Source: Candidatus Wolfebacteria bacterium GW2011_GWB1_47_1 (GTDB taxonomy: Bacteria > Patescibacteriota > Minisyncoccia > UBA6257 > UBA9933). Taken from it: a stretch of DNA of 64,000 nt. Of this stretch, positions 27,637 to 38,041 are shown in pieces. The stretch's first letter is position 1; each line of letters starts with the position of its first letter. Both the position numbers and the translations under genes were made by a program. The stretch lies in the NCBI GenBank assembly GCA_001029635.1, contig CP011209.1, positions 414,866-478,865 on the forward strand, written 5' to 3'. Under the pieces are notes generated by a model. The model saw nothing but the letters and a program-made list of their open reading frames with translations. It ran no database searches and was not told the origin of the DNA.

Positions 27637-27705
27637 TTGCGAATTACGGATTTTGAACGCTGGATAATTTAAGGGGGTAATTTGTAATGCGTAATTCGCA
27701 ATGGA
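27637..27705 (+). promoter_or_regulatory. 14-bp perfect inverted repeat (cattgcgaattacg / cgtaattcgcaatg) with a 41-nt spacer, in a 5' leader
   Basis: It sits between the ATPase stop and the start of the next small gene. Confidence 0.4.
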
Positions 27706-27719
27706 ATAATTCAAATTAA

Positions 27720-28064
27720 ATGGTTTTACCAAACATCATCAAAGATAATTATTTGCGTGTGGTCCTTGCAGTCACGTTCGCGTTGCATACAATCATCACG
27801 ATCATCGTATTGGTACATTTTTTGCCGCGGAGAGAGTCTATCGTCCTGCACTTTGATGCCTATCGAGGTATTGATTTTGTGGGCGGTCGCATTGATCTTG
27901 TTGGCATTCTTTTGTCCGCATATATCATGCTTGCGCTCAACCTTCTGCTTGCCGATTTTTTGTACGCACGGGATAGGTTTTTTTCTTACGTGCTTGCGTT
28001 CGCCAGCTTGCTGCTTGCAATGCTGTTTGCCGTTGCGATGATGATCGTTTATTCGATTAACTAA
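27720..28064 (+). CDS. Small integral membrane protein (hypothetical)
   Basis: 114 aa with three or four hydrophobic helices. Confidence 0.4.
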   Translation: MVLPNIIKDNYLRVVLAVTFALHTIITIIVLVHFLPRRESIVLHFDAYRGIDFVGGRIDLVGILLSAYIMLALNLLLADFLYARDRFFSYVLAFASLLLAMLFAVAMMIVYSIN

Positions 28065-28092
28065 TCCATATAATCGTTTGAGTCCTGTCGCG

Positions 28093-28839
28093 TCATGCGC
28101 GGGCGATCACCAGTGCGAGGATTTGCTTTGCGCCGGCCGCTTTGAGTGTTTGTGCGGCTTCGGAGAGAGTCGCTCCGGACGTTGAAACATCATCTATTAA
28201 AATGATGTTTTTGTTCCATACGCACTCCGGGCGTGAGATAATGAACGCATCCATCATATGCGCGAAGCGCTCATGGTGCGTTTTTGTTTGCGCTTGCGCG
28301 TCATTGTGCACTATTTTTATAAGTAGTTCGTCATACGGTAATTTGAGCGCTGACGCGAACGATTTTGCGATGAGCGCCGATTGGTTAAATCCGCGCTTTC
28401 GTTTCTTTTTCACATGCAGTGGGATGGGGATAACGATTGGTGCCGTATCGAATAGAGATGGATGAGGGTTAAGATTTTGTGCGTATTCAATAAGTAAGCG
28501 AGCGAGCGGTTCAGATAGCGCATGTATTCCCTGGTATTTGTATGCATAGATGCAGTTTTTGATGACCGGATCCATATACAATGTCGCTGATCCGAGTAGA
28601 TATGGAAATCGGCGAGCGTCGGGTACGCTATGGTTGCAAATGCGTCTGTTGTGCGCGAGTCGGGTTTTGCAGATCGGGCACGTCAGGGTTGTGCATTTTT
28701 CTATAGAGGTGTAACAGTTATCGCAAAGCGATCCTGAAGAATCGCGCATATACATTTCGCAATTGACACAGAGCGGAGGAAAGAGAATGTTAAAAAAGAA
28801 GTGAATAACGGTTCGAATCATACGCAGTATCTGCTTCAT
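28093..28839 (-). CDS. comF: ComF-family competence protein (phosphoribosyltransferase domain)
   Basis: N-terminal Cys pairs (LFPPLCVNCE.., CPICKTRL). C-terminal PRTase motif IILIDDVSTSGATLSEAAQTL. Confidence 0.75.
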   Translation of the reverse strand: MKQILRMIRTVIHFFFNILFPPLCVNCEMYMRDSSGSLCDNCYTSIEKCTTLTCPICKTRLAHNRRICNHSVPDARRFPYLLGSATLYMDPVIKNCIYAYKYQGIHALSEPLARLLIEYAQNLNPHPSLFDTAPIVIPIPLHVKKKRKRGFNQSALIAKSFASALKLPYDELLIKIVHNDAQAQTKTHHERFAHMMDAFIISRPECVWNKNIILIDDVSTSGATLSEAAQTLKAAGAKQILALVIARA

Positions 28840-28848
28840 TATTAATCA

Positions 28849-28875
28849 AAAATATAGTATAGTATACGGTATAGT
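28849..28875. promoter_or_regulatory. Divergent comF/pilM promoter region with reiterated TATAGTAT -10-like boxes
   Basis: tatagtatagtatacggtatagtat. The TATACT/TATAGT motif recurs upstream of many genes in this window. Confidence 0.4.
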
Positions 28876-28905
28876 ATTCTGCTGCGCATCTATTTTATCG
28901 ACACC

Positions 28906-29985
28906 ATGTTTGGAATGAAATTGTTTGGATCAACCTCATATCTTGGCGTAGACATCGGTACTACGTCTATTAAAATTGCCGAGATCGGCAAGGGGAGTTC
29001 CGGTCCTGAATTGCAAAACTACGGTATTTTGGAAAGTTACGGCCATTTGGAGCGGGTTAATAATGCCATCCAGACGAGCACACTCAAAATCATGGAGGCC
29101 GATACAATCCAACTATTAAAGACACTGGTTAAGCGGTCTAATTTTAAGTCGCGGGAGGCTATCGTTTCCATTCCGTCATTTGCCGCGTTTATTACGCTTT
29201 TTGAGATGCCTCAGATGAAGGATTCCGATATTTCAAAGGCTATGCAGTTTCAAATCGGACAATATATACCGCTTCCGATTACTGAAGTTTCGATCGATTG
29301 GCTTAAGGTAGGCGAGCGGCAGGATGAACAGGGGTTTATCAAGGAACAGATCTTGCTCGTTTCGATCCCTAATGAGGTTATCGAAAAATATAGACGCATC
29401 TTCTCCGCGTCAGGGCTAACGTTGCGAGCGCTCGAGATCGAAAGTCTTGCATTGCAACGTTCCGTGACTGACGTTTCTATGTCGCCGACACTCGTCGTTG
29501 ATATCGGATCGCGTTCTACCAATATTGCCGTCATCGATAAGGGTAATTTGCGCTACAATTATCAGACAGACATGTCGGGCGCGAGTATTACGCAAGCGCT
29601 TGCGGGAGGATTGGGAGTGAAGATCCGTCGTGCTGAAAAATTAAAACGTGAGCGGGGTATTTTAGGGGGTTCCGAATCGGAGCTATCCACATTGATGATG
29701 CCTTTCGTTGATGCTATACTAAATGAAGCAAAGCGTGCGAAAGGTAAGTATGAGCAAAATTTTGGCAACGCCGTTACACAAGTCATTCTTGCGGGAGGCG
29801 GCTCGAAAATGCCAGGCATTGCTCCTTACGCGCAAGAACAGTTTGGACTCCCTGTTACCATTGGCGATCCATTTTCAAAAATTCATTATCCACCCGCACT
29901 TGAACCTATCATTCGGGATCTTGGACCATCGTTTGCGATTGCCATTGGTCTTGGTGTTAAAGAATTCTCCGACGGTTCGCTCTAA
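28906..29985 (+). CDS. pilM: Type IV pilus assembly protein PilM
   Basis: N-terminus ..YLGVDIGTTSIKIAEI.. and an actin-like ATPase fold throughout. Confidence 0.85.
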   Translation: MFGMKLFGSTSYLGVDIGTTSIKIAEIGKGSSGPELQNYGILESYGHLERVNNAIQTSTLKIMEADTIQLLKTLVKRSNFKSREAIVSIPSFAAFITLFEMPQMKDSDISKAMQFQIGQYIPLPITEVSIDWLKVGERQDEQGFIKEQILLVSIPNEVIEKYRRIFSASGLTLRALEIESLALQRSVTDVSMSPTLVVDIGSRSTNIAVIDKGNLRYNYQTDMSGASITQALAGGLGVKIRRAEKLKRERGILGGSESELSTLMMPFVDAILNEAKRAKGKYEQNFGNAVTQVILAGGGSKMPGIAPYAQEQFGLPVTIGDPFSKIHYPPALEPIIRDLGPSFAIAIGLGVKEFSDGSL

Positions 29986-30086
29986 TTTAAAAGAGGCCGT
30001 ATGGAAGTTTGAGACGGGATGGTAGGGTACATCATCCTACCGCTTAAACCTCTTACCTCAAATCTCTAACCGCATACTGCATATCT

Positions 30087-30638
30087 ATGCCATACACACA
30101 ATCAGCGTTACAGAGTGAATTATCAAAGCAACATACATCGGCTGCCGGCTGGCCGTGGCGATTAATGACCCTTTCATTGATCGTGCTTTTGACCGTGGCT
30201 GCGGTCTATGCGGGTATGAAGTTTGGGTTTCAAGATGCGTATCTCAAGTCACAGCTAAAAAGTGCCAATGCCGAATCTGCCGACGTATTCAAATCGGTCA
30301 CCGCTGAAGAACAAAAGCAAATCTTTAATTTTTATTCGCAACTGAGCAATATTCATTCCCTGCTGGATACTAGGGGGAAGGGCATTCTTTATCTGGATCT
30401 ACTTGAAAAGAACACATTGAAGACTGTTACGTATAGCAATATCGGAGTTATTGTTGCCGACAAGGAAGTTAACGTGGATCTCGACGGAAGAGCTTCTTCT
30501 TACGGTGCTATTGTTCAACAGATGGACCTCTATAAAAAAATGCCGGGTGTGAAGGATGTGAAATTGTCAGGTGCCCGTGTCGGAGGGCAGGCTGCTGATG
30601 GGGTGCTGTTTTCCATGAAAATAATTGTAAATCGATAA
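30087..30638 (+). CDS. PilN-like pilus assembly protein
   Basis: Short cytoplasmic N-terminus, a single TM helix (LMTLSLIVLLTVAAVYAG), then a coiled coil. It sits in pilN position after pilM. Confidence 0.55.
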   Translation: MPYTQSALQSELSKQHTSAAGWPWRLMTLSLIVLLTVAAVYAGMKFGFQDAYLKSQLKSANAESADVFKSVTAEEQKQIFNFYSQLSNIHSLLDTRGKGILYLDLLEKNTLKTVTYSNIGVIVADKEVNVDLDGRASSYGAIVQQMDLYKKMPGVKDVKLSGARVGGQAADGVLFSMKIIVNR

Positions 30639-30648
30639 TAACCATCGT

Positions 30649-31233
30649 ATGAAATATCTTTCCAAACGATTCATTAGCGTACTCCTCTCATTTACATTCA
30701 TCGCCATCGCGATGGTCATATATGTCAACCTTATCAAGCCCGTGTATGCAAACATCAAGGAGGATCAGGCGGAACTCTCTGCACTGAGGCAAAAGAACCA
30801 CGAATATACCGAAGTGTTTGGAAAATTGAAGGCAATTTTGGATGAACTCAAAAAATCTTCCAATCTTCAGGATAGAATATCGATGACACTTCCCTTGGAT
30901 CCCAACGCATCTGATTCCATGAATCAGATCACTGCGGTGGCGATCGCCAATGGTCTTTCAGTTGCTTCTATTGATATTGCTAGCGCCCCCATCATTCCCA
31001 CTGCAGGTGTGAAGGCGGGAACTGTTTCTTTGATTAAGAGTACTGGCGTTTTAAAAAATACCGTCAAAGCTTCGGGGAGCTATGCGCAGATACGGGCATT
31101 TTTGCAGGGCATTGAATCGGGAGTGCGTCTATCAAGTATTAAATCTCTCAAGATTTCCAAGGTTGGTGTTTCTAATACTCTCGATCAGTTTTCTGTAGCC
31201 GCGGAAATAGAAACCTATTATCAAGTAAATTAA
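30649..31233 (+). CDS. PilO-like pilus assembly protein
   Basis: A single TM helix followed by a long coiled coil (..EDQAELSALRQKNHEYTEVFGKLKAILDEL..). Positional pilO. Confidence 0.5.
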   Translation: MKYLSKRFISVLLSFTFIAIAMVIYVNLIKPVYANIKEDQAELSALRQKNHEYTEVFGKLKAILDELKKSSNLQDRISMTLPLDPNASDSMNQITAVAIANGLSVASIDIASAPIIPTAGVKAGTVSLIKSTGVLKNTVKASGSYAQIRAFLQGIESGVRLSSIKSLKISKVGVSNTLDQFSVAAEIETYYQVN

Positions 31234-31239
31234 TCACGT

Positions 31240-31539
31240 ATGGCAATTGTTATCGAAGGAGAAAAGAAAAGTGTCGATTGGGGATTTATATTAGGTATTT
31301 TGTCAATCGTCGGCATTATTGGAGTCGCGATTGTCTACCTGTTTTTTGTAAATCCTGAAACGGTACAGCAACTCACAACTACGCCCGATCAACAGCGCCT
31401 CAGCGAATTTTCAAAGACGAAGCTAAGACCGGAGGAGATTTTGAACAGCGCCGAGTTTCAGTCACTCCGCACTACGGCAACGATACCCGTTCCGAGTGAA
31501 GGGGAGATTGGCAAGGTTAATCCCTTACTCCCACAATAA
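31240..31539 (+). CDS. Small single-pass membrane protein in the pilus operon (hypothetical)
   Basis: 99 aa, one TM helix (WGFILGILSIVGIIGVAIVYLFFV). Confidence 0.35.
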   Translation: MAIVIEGEKKSVDWGFILGILSIVGIIGVAIVYLFFVNPETVQQLTTTPDQQRLSEFSKTKLRPEEILNSAEFQSLRTTATIPVPSEGEIGKVNPLLPQ

Positions 31540-31695
31540 CCCGTATGGTCGGCGATCTACCGTGTTGCCTTCCTCGTTTGCTCCCGCGAAGGAGTCCATC
31601 TCCATCTTGGGCGCAAGCCTCGTCGGCGCCTCGCAGCTCACTCAACCATACATGTTATTGGCATCGCTATCATTATTGAATGCCGAACGAACCTC

Positions 31696-33435
31696 ATGGA
31701 AAACAAGACATTAGTTGATGCTTTAATTCAAGATAATCTACTCGGAGAGATCGAGGGACGAAAGGTATTGCAGGAGGCCGCGCTTGCGCGTCGTCCCGTT
31801 GATGAATTGATCTACGAACAGCGATTGATTGATGAAGAAAAACTTGCCATGGAAAAGGGCAAGCTTTTGAATGTACCGTATCGAAAGATCGACCCACAAG
31901 AGATTAGCGATGAAACACTTAAACTGTTTCCCGAGGAAACAGTGCGTAATTATAAAGTTATACCAGTCAGCATTAAGGATGATCTTTTGATCGCGGGTAT
32001 GGTCAATCCTGATAATGCTCAGGCTCAGGAAGCACTCAAATTTATCGCAAAACAGCGTCGCTTGAATGTAGGGGCATATATTATTACCCCTTCGCTTTGG
32101 GAGATGATTTTGCGAAGATATTCGCCCTATCGCAGTCTTATCGATGAAGCGGTTAGGGCGAGTTCGAGTATTTCGACGAAAGGTGCCGGGCCTACCCAGA
32201 TCGTCCAATTGGAAGAAACAAGAGCGGGGAACTCGGACGAAACGCCTATTATTCGGATCGTATCAACGACGCTAAAGGAAGCCGTTTGGGAGCGCGCATC
32301 TGATATTCATATCGAGCCACAACGCAATCGTAGTCGCATCCGATTCCGTATCGATGGCGAATTGCAGGAGGTTTCTACGCTACCATTGGCGCTGCATTCC
32401 CTAATCGTATCGCGCGTCAAGATTTTGGCGAATTTAAAGATCGACGAAACACGTATTCCTCAAGACGGACGATTCCGTACTGTTTTGTTTGGTCGGGATA
32501 TAGATTATCGCGTCGCAACGTTTCCGACTCCCGTTGGGGAGAAGGTCGTTATTCGTGTACTTGATCCTTCGACCGGATTGCGTGGTCTCGAAGATCTTGG
32601 CTTACGTGGTCGCAACCTAGATACTGTCAAAAAAGGAATAGAAAAACCTTATGGCGTTATTTTGATCACCGGGCCGACCGGTTCGGGAAAGAGTACGACG
32701 CTGTATGCATTGATGCAGCTTTTAAACAAACCGGATATTAATATTGTCAGCCTCGAAGATCCCGTCGAATACTACATGGATGGATTGAATCAGTCTCAGG
32801 TGAAGCCGGAGATTGGATACGATTTTGCTTCGGGACTCCGCCAGATCCTCCGGCAAGATCCTGATGTTATCATGGTTGGAGAAGTCCGCGACGAAGAGAC
32901 TGCAGGGTTGACCATTCAAGCCGCACTGACCGGGCATATCGTGCTTTCGACGCTCCACACAAACAATTCTGTCGGAGTTATCCCGCGACTTATTGATATG
33001 AAGGTACAGCCATTTTTACTTCCCGCTGCCTTGAATATCATGCTTGCTCAGCGGTTGGTTTCTCGTTTGTGCCAGCAGTGTAAAGTTGCGCAACCCGCTT
33101 CCCAGGAGATTGCCAATGTTATCAGTCATGAGCTCGGTAAACTTACTCCGGAGGCGCGCGGGCAGTATGCTCCGACTGGCCCATACAATATTTATCATGC
33201 GCCTGGATGCGAGGTGTGCAAAGGGAAAGGTGTATCGGGACGACTTGCTGTTTTCGAGGTGATGACCATGACTCCTGAATTGGAGCATATTATCAATATC
33301 GGTGCTACCGAGAGTTCTATATTGGATGAAGCCCGTCGTCAAGGCATGGTGACTATGCACCAGGATGGCATCTTGAAGGCGCTTGAGGGGTTGGTGTCTA
33401 TGGAGGAGGTTTTACGAGAAACCGTCGAAATGTAA
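31696..33435 (+). CDS. pilB: Type IV pilus assembly ATPase PilB (GspE family)
   Basis: N-terminal T2SSE_N domain. Walker A ILITGPTGSGKSTTLYA. Asp and His boxes. C-terminal tetracysteine (CQQC..CEVCKGKG). Confidence 0.9.
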   Translation: MENKTLVDALIQDNLLGEIEGRKVLQEAALARRPVDELIYEQRLIDEEKLAMEKGKLLNVPYRKIDPQEISDETLKLFPEETVRNYKVIPVSIKDDLLIAGMVNPDNAQAQEALKFIAKQRRLNVGAYIITPSLWEMILRRYSPYRSLIDEAVRASSSISTKGAGPTQIVQLEETRAGNSDETPIIRIVSTTLKEAVWERASDIHIEPQRNRSRIRFRIDGELQEVSTLPLALHSLIVSRVKILANLKIDETRIPQDGRFRTVLFGRDIDYRVATFPTPVGEKVVIRVLDPSTGLRGLEDLGLRGRNLDTVKKGIEKPYGVILITGPTGSGKSTTLYALMQLLNKPDINIVSLEDPVEYYMDGLNQSQVKPEIGYDFASGLRQILRQDPDVIMVGEVRDEETAGLTIQAALTGHIVLSTLHTNNSVGVIPRLIDMKVQPFLLPAALNIMLAQRLVSRLCQQCKVAQPASQEIANVISHELGKLTPEARGQYAPTGPYNIYHAPGCEVCKGKGVSGRLAVFEVMTMTPELEHIINIGATESSILDEARRQGMVTMHQDGILKALEGLVSMEEVLRETVEM

Positions 33436-33591
33436 ACCGTCTTATCCTCCTGACGTGTAAAACTTTTACATTTTGGTGAGGAATATGAAATATGGTATAC
33501 TAATTAAAATATTATTCTACGTGCTTAGAGGGCAGAGTGGCAGTGATTGCGGATAATTTACTTCGCCTGCGGCTCGGAAATTTCTACGATC

Positions 33592-34668
33592 ATGACCGAT
33601 TACAAACAACAACTTAACGACCTATTACTTTCCACAGCAAAGCAGAACGCTTCCGATCTTCATATTGGTGTCGGAAAATATCCGATGCTTCGTATTGATG
33701 GACTACTTATTCCTCTACAAAAAGAGGGGATTGTTACTCCAGAAGTTGCTACTGGCTTGATTGGTGAGTTGTTGACTCCGGCGCAGCGGGAAACGGTTGA
33801 TCGCGATCGCGAGATCGATTTTTCTTATACATTTGAGGATAAGGCACGCTTTCGCGTCAACGTGTTCTACCAGAAGGGTTTTCTTGCTGCGGCAATGCGC
33901 TTGATCCCGCCTGAGGCTAGGACTGTGGAAGATCTCAATCTCCCTCCAATCCTCCATGATTTCACAAAGCTTTCTCAAGGATTTATCTTGGTTGTGGGTC
34001 CGGCGGGGCATGGTAAATCTACTACGCTTGCGGCACTTGTAGATGAGATTAACCACACTCGCACCGAACACATCATCACTATTGAAGATCCGATCGAATA
34101 CATGTTCGTACAGGATAAGGCTATCGTTTCTCAACGCGAGGTCATGAGCGATACGCCAGATTTTCACGTGGCATTGAAGTCATTGTTGCGCCAGGATCCT
34201 GATATCGTCATGATCGGAGAAATGCGTGATAAGGAGTCTATTGCGACCGCTATGACCGCGGCAGAAACGGGTCATTTGGTATTCTCCACATTGCATACTA
34301 ACTCGGCTGCGCAGACGATCGACCGCATCATCGACAGTTTTCCGCCCGATCAGCAGGGTCAAGTCGCTTCTCAATTGGCCGCAACGCTTGTGGGTATTGT
34401 TTCCCAACGTCTTATTCCGCGCGTTGATGGAGGGCGCACTCCGGCGTGCGAGATCATGATCGTTAATTCCGCTATTCGTAACCTTATCCGTGAGCGCAAG
34501 GCATATCAGATCGATCTTGTTATCGAAACATCCATGCAGGAGGGTATGATCACCTTAAACCGATCACTTGCCGCATTAGTGCGCAGTCGCCAGATCGCAT
34601 TGGAAGAAGCTGAGCTGTATTCGTTGAATGCATCTGAATTGCGCATTCTTATCGAGCGCGTCTCATAA
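33592..34668 (+). CDS. pilT: Twitching-motility retraction ATPase PilT
   Basis: ..ASDLHI..GFILVVGPAGHGKSTTLAALVD... PilT-type length (358 aa). Start at ATG 33592. Confidence 0.9.
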   Translation: MTDYKQQLNDLLLSTAKQNASDLHIGVGKYPMLRIDGLLIPLQKEGIVTPEVATGLIGELLTPAQRETVDRDREIDFSYTFEDKARFRVNVFYQKGFLAAAMRLIPPEARTVEDLNLPPILHDFTKLSQGFILVVGPAGHGKSTTLAALVDEINHTRTEHIITIEDPIEYMFVQDKAIVSQREVMSDTPDFHVALKSLLRQDPDIVMIGEMRDKESIATAMTAAETGHLVFSTLHTNSAAQTIDRIIDSFPPDQQGQVASQLAATLVGIVSQRLIPRVDGGRTPACEIMIVNSAIRNLIRERKAYQIDLVIETSMQEGMITLNRSLAALVRSRQIALEEAELYSLNASELRILIERVS

Positions 34669-34680
34669 AATATATGCATT

Positions 34681-34778
34681 TTGCGAACTGCTTTGTTGCG
34701 GGTCCTAATTGGTTCGGTCACCGTACTGATGGTACGACTTCCTCTCTAATTCTCCCGCGCCTTACATCTCATCAAAAT
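34681..34778 (+). repeat. Copy C of the structured intergenic element
   Basis: gctttgTTGCGGGtcc..ccgtac-tgatg-gtacg..ctCCCGCGCCttaca. It lies 45 nt upstream of pilC. Confidence 0.6.
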
Positions 34779-34822
34779 GGCAAATATTTTATCTAAAAAT
34801 AAACAGGGTAAAAAGCACGACG

Positions 34823-36037
34823 ATGAAATTCAAATACCAAGCACGAAATAAAGAAGGGGAGTTGCAGGTAGGATTTGTCGAGTCGTATTCCCAAGGGGGT
34901 GCGGCCGATATTTTGGTATCCCATGGATTGTATGTCTTAAGCCTTGAAAACGCAGAGCAGGAGAATTTCTTTGATAAATTCATGCTTGTTTTTAAGCGCG
35001 TTACATTAACCGATAAGATGGTTTTTAGTCGACAGTTTGCGACTTTGCTGGAAGCAAAGGTTTCTTTGAGTGATTCGTTGAAGAATCTACAAAAGCAGAC
35101 GTCCAGTGCGACTATGAAGGAAGTAATCCATGAGATCACGGCTGACATCGACAGCGGGCTTTCGCTTTCTCAATCGCTTGAACGACAGAAGGAAGTCTTT
35201 TCCGAATTTTATGTCAGTATGATCCGCTCCGCAGAGATTACCGGCCGATTAGAAGAGGCAGTCATTTATCTTGCAAATTATTTGGAAAAACAAAAGTTGT
35301 GGCGATCTCGTGTGATTAACGCACTTATTTATCCCGCCGTACTTATCGTCATGTTTATCGGCATTGTTCTTCTGATGGTTACCTTGGTGCTCCCTAATAT
35401 CAGACCTATTTTAGAGGAAGCGGGGGCTGAATTGCCATGGTATACGAGTGCTGTTTTGAATAGTGGGGATATTATTATCAACTGGTGGTGGATCATCATC
35501 ATCGCCGTTGTTCCACTTGTTATGTTCGTCTTGGAATACCTTCGTAGTGATGAGGGTAAAATCGTCCTGGATGAGATTCTCTTGCGAACGCCCGTCTTTG
35601 GGAAGATGTTTTCAAAGATGTATATTGCCCGCTTTGCAGAATCACTTGCTATCTTAATTCAAGGGGGCATCCCCATCGCGCAAGCATTAGAGATCACGTC
35701 CCGGTCGATTGGCAGCTCGGTCTTCGAGGATGTTCTGCATGAGGTAAGCGAACAGGTGCGCGGAGGAGAACTTCTTTCGACCGCACTTGGCCGGTATGAT
35801 TTCTATTTTCCGCCTCTTGTGAGCCAGATGATTTCCATCGGAGAAACGACTGGTCGACTCGATGAACTGCTTTCTCGCATATCCACGTTCTATACCCGTG
35901 AGGTCGATGATATCATGGGCCGGCTTGGTGAATTGATTCAGCCGCTTGTCATTGCAATCATCGGTGTATTTGTCGGCTTCTTGTTTGCATCCATCCTCGT
36001 TCCGATATATAATATGGTAAAGTCATTCGGCGCATAA
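34823..36037 (+). CDS. pilC: Type IV pilus platform protein PilC (GspF family)
   Basis: Two T2SSF repeats and three TM helices, with typical ..LSTALGRYDFYFPPLVSQMISIGETTGRLDE... Confidence 0.9.
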   Translation: MKFKYQARNKEGELQVGFVESYSQGGAADILVSHGLYVLSLENAEQENFFDKFMLVFKRVTLTDKMVFSRQFATLLEAKVSLSDSLKNLQKQTSSATMKEVIHEITADIDSGLSLSQSLERQKEVFSEFYVSMIRSAEITGRLEEAVIYLANYLEKQKLWRSRVINALIYPAVLIVMFIGIVLLMVTLVLPNIRPILEEAGAELPWYTSAVLNSGDIIINWWWIIIIAVVPLVMFVLEYLRSDEGKIVLDEILLRTPVFGKMFSKMYIARFAESLAILIQGGIPIAQALEITSRSIGSSVFEDVLHEVSEQVRGGELLSTALGRYDFYFPPLVSQMISIGETTGRLDELLSRISTFYTREVDDIMGRLGELIQPLVIAIIGVFVGFLFASILVPIYNMVKSFGA

Positions 36038-36102
36038 TAGTAACCGAAAACTAACAACCTACGACCAATAATGAAAGCCGTAGGAATATAATAATTATTT
36101 TT

Positions 36103-36543
36103 ATGAAAACATTGCATTACAAAAAAGGTTTCACGTTGGTTGAAATGCTTATCGTCATCGCCATCATCGCAATCCTCGCTTCCGTTGCGTTGGTAAGCGT
36201 TGGAGGAGTTCGACAGTCCGCTCGTGACACGAAGCGCGTTTCTGATATCAGCAAGCTACAGCAGCAACTCGAAGTATATTATTCCCAGAATGGCGCCTAT
36301 CCGGCCGATCTTGCAACCTTCTCAGCCTTTGCCGGTTCTGAAGCAAACTTCACTGACCCGCTCAATGACCCGTATGCGTATGCCGCATATGACAACGACC
36401 AGAAATATCTTCTTGGTATTAATATGGAAGGAGGGACTTCTGCAGAAAATGAACCGAACGAAGTCGACGCGCTTCCTACTGGGCTTGCAGCATTCAGCAT
36501 CTCATGTACCGAAGCTAATCTTGGTTACTGTGTCGGCAACTAA
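36103..36543 (+). CDS. Type IV major pilin
   Basis: KKGFTLVEMLIVIAIIAILASVALVSV: prepilin leader with the G|FTLVE site. Confidence 0.85.
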   Translation: MKTLHYKKGFTLVEMLIVIAIIAILASVALVSVGGVRQSARDTKRVSDISKLQQQLEVYYSQNGAYPADLATFSAFAGSEANFTDPLNDPYAYAAYDNDQKYLLGINMEGGTSAENEPNEVDALPTGLAAFSISCTEANLGYCVGN

Positions 36544-36561
36544 TAGCTTAGCTGAACAAAC

Positions 36562-37461
36562 GTGGATTACCTATTGTATCTGAGTCTTGCCATATTTGGC
36601 CTGATCTTCGGAAGTTTTCTTAACGTTGTGACTATTCGATATAACCCCGACAAGGGGTTTTCGAATATTAAGTCCATCGGGGGGCGTTCGCATTGTCCGA
36701 ACTGCCGCAATCAATTGGCATGGTACGAGCTCGTACCCGTGCTTAGTTTTTTGTCTCTTCGCGGAAGGTGTCGCCATTGCGGACATGCCATATCCTTGCA
36801 ATATCCGTTCGTTGAATTACTGACCGCACTTATCTTCGTCGTTGTTCCAATGCAGGTTATCCTGTCTTCTCGCATACTTGTTCTTGTGGACGTTAACGCT
36901 CATATTGGTGGTATTATTGCGCTTGCGGCTCTTTGGACCGTCGCATTTGTGCTGTTTCTTGTCCTGGCGATCATTGACTTCAAGCACATGATCATTCCCG
37001 ATTCTATCAATGTTTCTTTAGCAGTTCTCGGGATTGCGATCGCGGGTGTTACACAGTGGGTGCATGGATTCGGCGCGTTCCAGGGCTCGTTTTTGCGCCA
37101 CTATGCCGTTATTTTTGGATTCCGCGATACTATTTGGATGAATCATCTTTTTGCTGCGATCATCGGGCTGCTCTTTTTTGGCGGAATCATCGCGGTGAGC
37201 CGCGGTCGTGCCATGGGGTGGGGCGATTTAAAGCTTGCGGGCGCCCTTGGATTGTTGTTCGGCTGGCCTGATGTTGTATTGGTCTTTGCTTTTTCTTTTA
37301 TTATTGGTTCGATCATCTCGATCGGCTTGATGATGCGCGGCCGCAAGCATATGAAGGATGCCGTTCCCTTTGGTCCGTTTTTGGTTATTGGCGCAGTGAT
37401 GGTATTTTTCTTCGGATTTCAATTGGTGTCGCTGTATTTCGGCATGTTCGATGTGATATAA
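36562..37461 (+). CDS. pilD: Prepilin peptidase PilD (A24 family)
   Basis: N-terminus FGLIFGSFLNVV. Zinc-finger CPNC..CRHC. Polytopic peptidase A24 core. Confidence 0.85.
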   Translation: MDYLLYLSLAIFGLIFGSFLNVVTIRYNPDKGFSNIKSIGGRSHCPNCRNQLAWYELVPVLSFLSLRGRCRHCGHAISLQYPFVELLTALIFVVVPMQVILSSRILVLVDVNAHIGGIIALAALWTVAFVLFLVLAIIDFKHMIIPDSINVSLAVLGIAIAGVTQWVHGFGAFQGSFLRHYAVIFGFRDTIWMNHLFAAIIGLLFFGGIIAVSRGRAMGWGDLKLAGALGLLFGWPDVVLVFAFSFIIGSIISIGLMMRGRKHMKDAVPFGPFLVIGAVMVFFFGFQLVSLYFGMFDVI

Positions 37462-37468
37462 TTAATGC

Positions 37469-38041
37469 ATGCGACAAACAAGGCGTAGCATTTACCGTGT
37501 AGTGGGACGACGGGGGACGACCCTCGTAGAGATCATGATCGTTTTTGGACTCGTTTCCCTATTGATCTCTGCGACGGCTGTTTATAACCGGGCTATTCAG
37601 CGACAGATTGTTCTCACGCGTGAACATGCTACTGCGCTTGGTCTTTTTATTCGTGCACGTTCGGCGGGACTTACCGCCCCAAGAGGCACTTCTGGGGAGC
37701 TTGTTTGCGGATACGGCATCCATATCGATGCCGCATCGAGAACATTCACCTTCTTTAAGGATCTCGGAATATCTCCAGCCGATTGTTCGTCTGCGGACTT
37801 TTCTTATACCGATGCTACCGAGAAGATCGACCAAAAAATTTTAGGAGATTCGGTTAGCGTCACTGACAGTGGCGTTTCTGATATCGTATACACGCCACCC
37901 TATGGGAAGGTCTATACGGACGGAATTGAAGCATCTGATTCTGTTTCGGTCATTATTACTAGCCTTGATACGGGTTCGGCAAAAGGGATCAGGGCAAATG
38001 CCTTTGGGCAGATAACAGAATATCTATTACCAACGCCATGA
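37469..38041 (+). CDS. Minor pilin / pseudopilin
   Basis: N-terminus GRRGTTLVEIMIVFGLVSLLISATAV (prepilin-type). Confidence 0.55.
   Translation: MRQTRRSIYRVVGRRGTTLVEIMIVFGLVSLLISATAVYNRAIQRQIVLTREHATALGLFIRARSAGLTAPRGTSGELVCGYGIHIDAASRTFTFFKDLGISPADCSSADFSYTDATEKIDQKILGDSVSVTDSGVSDIVYTPPYGKVYTDGIEASDSVSVIITSLDTGSAKGIRANAFGQITEYLLPTP

Noticed and set aside
33436-33591. ORF-track start of pilT at 33547
   Set aside because: The PilT homology begins at MTDYKQQL (ATG 33592). The upstream 15 residues are probably leader.
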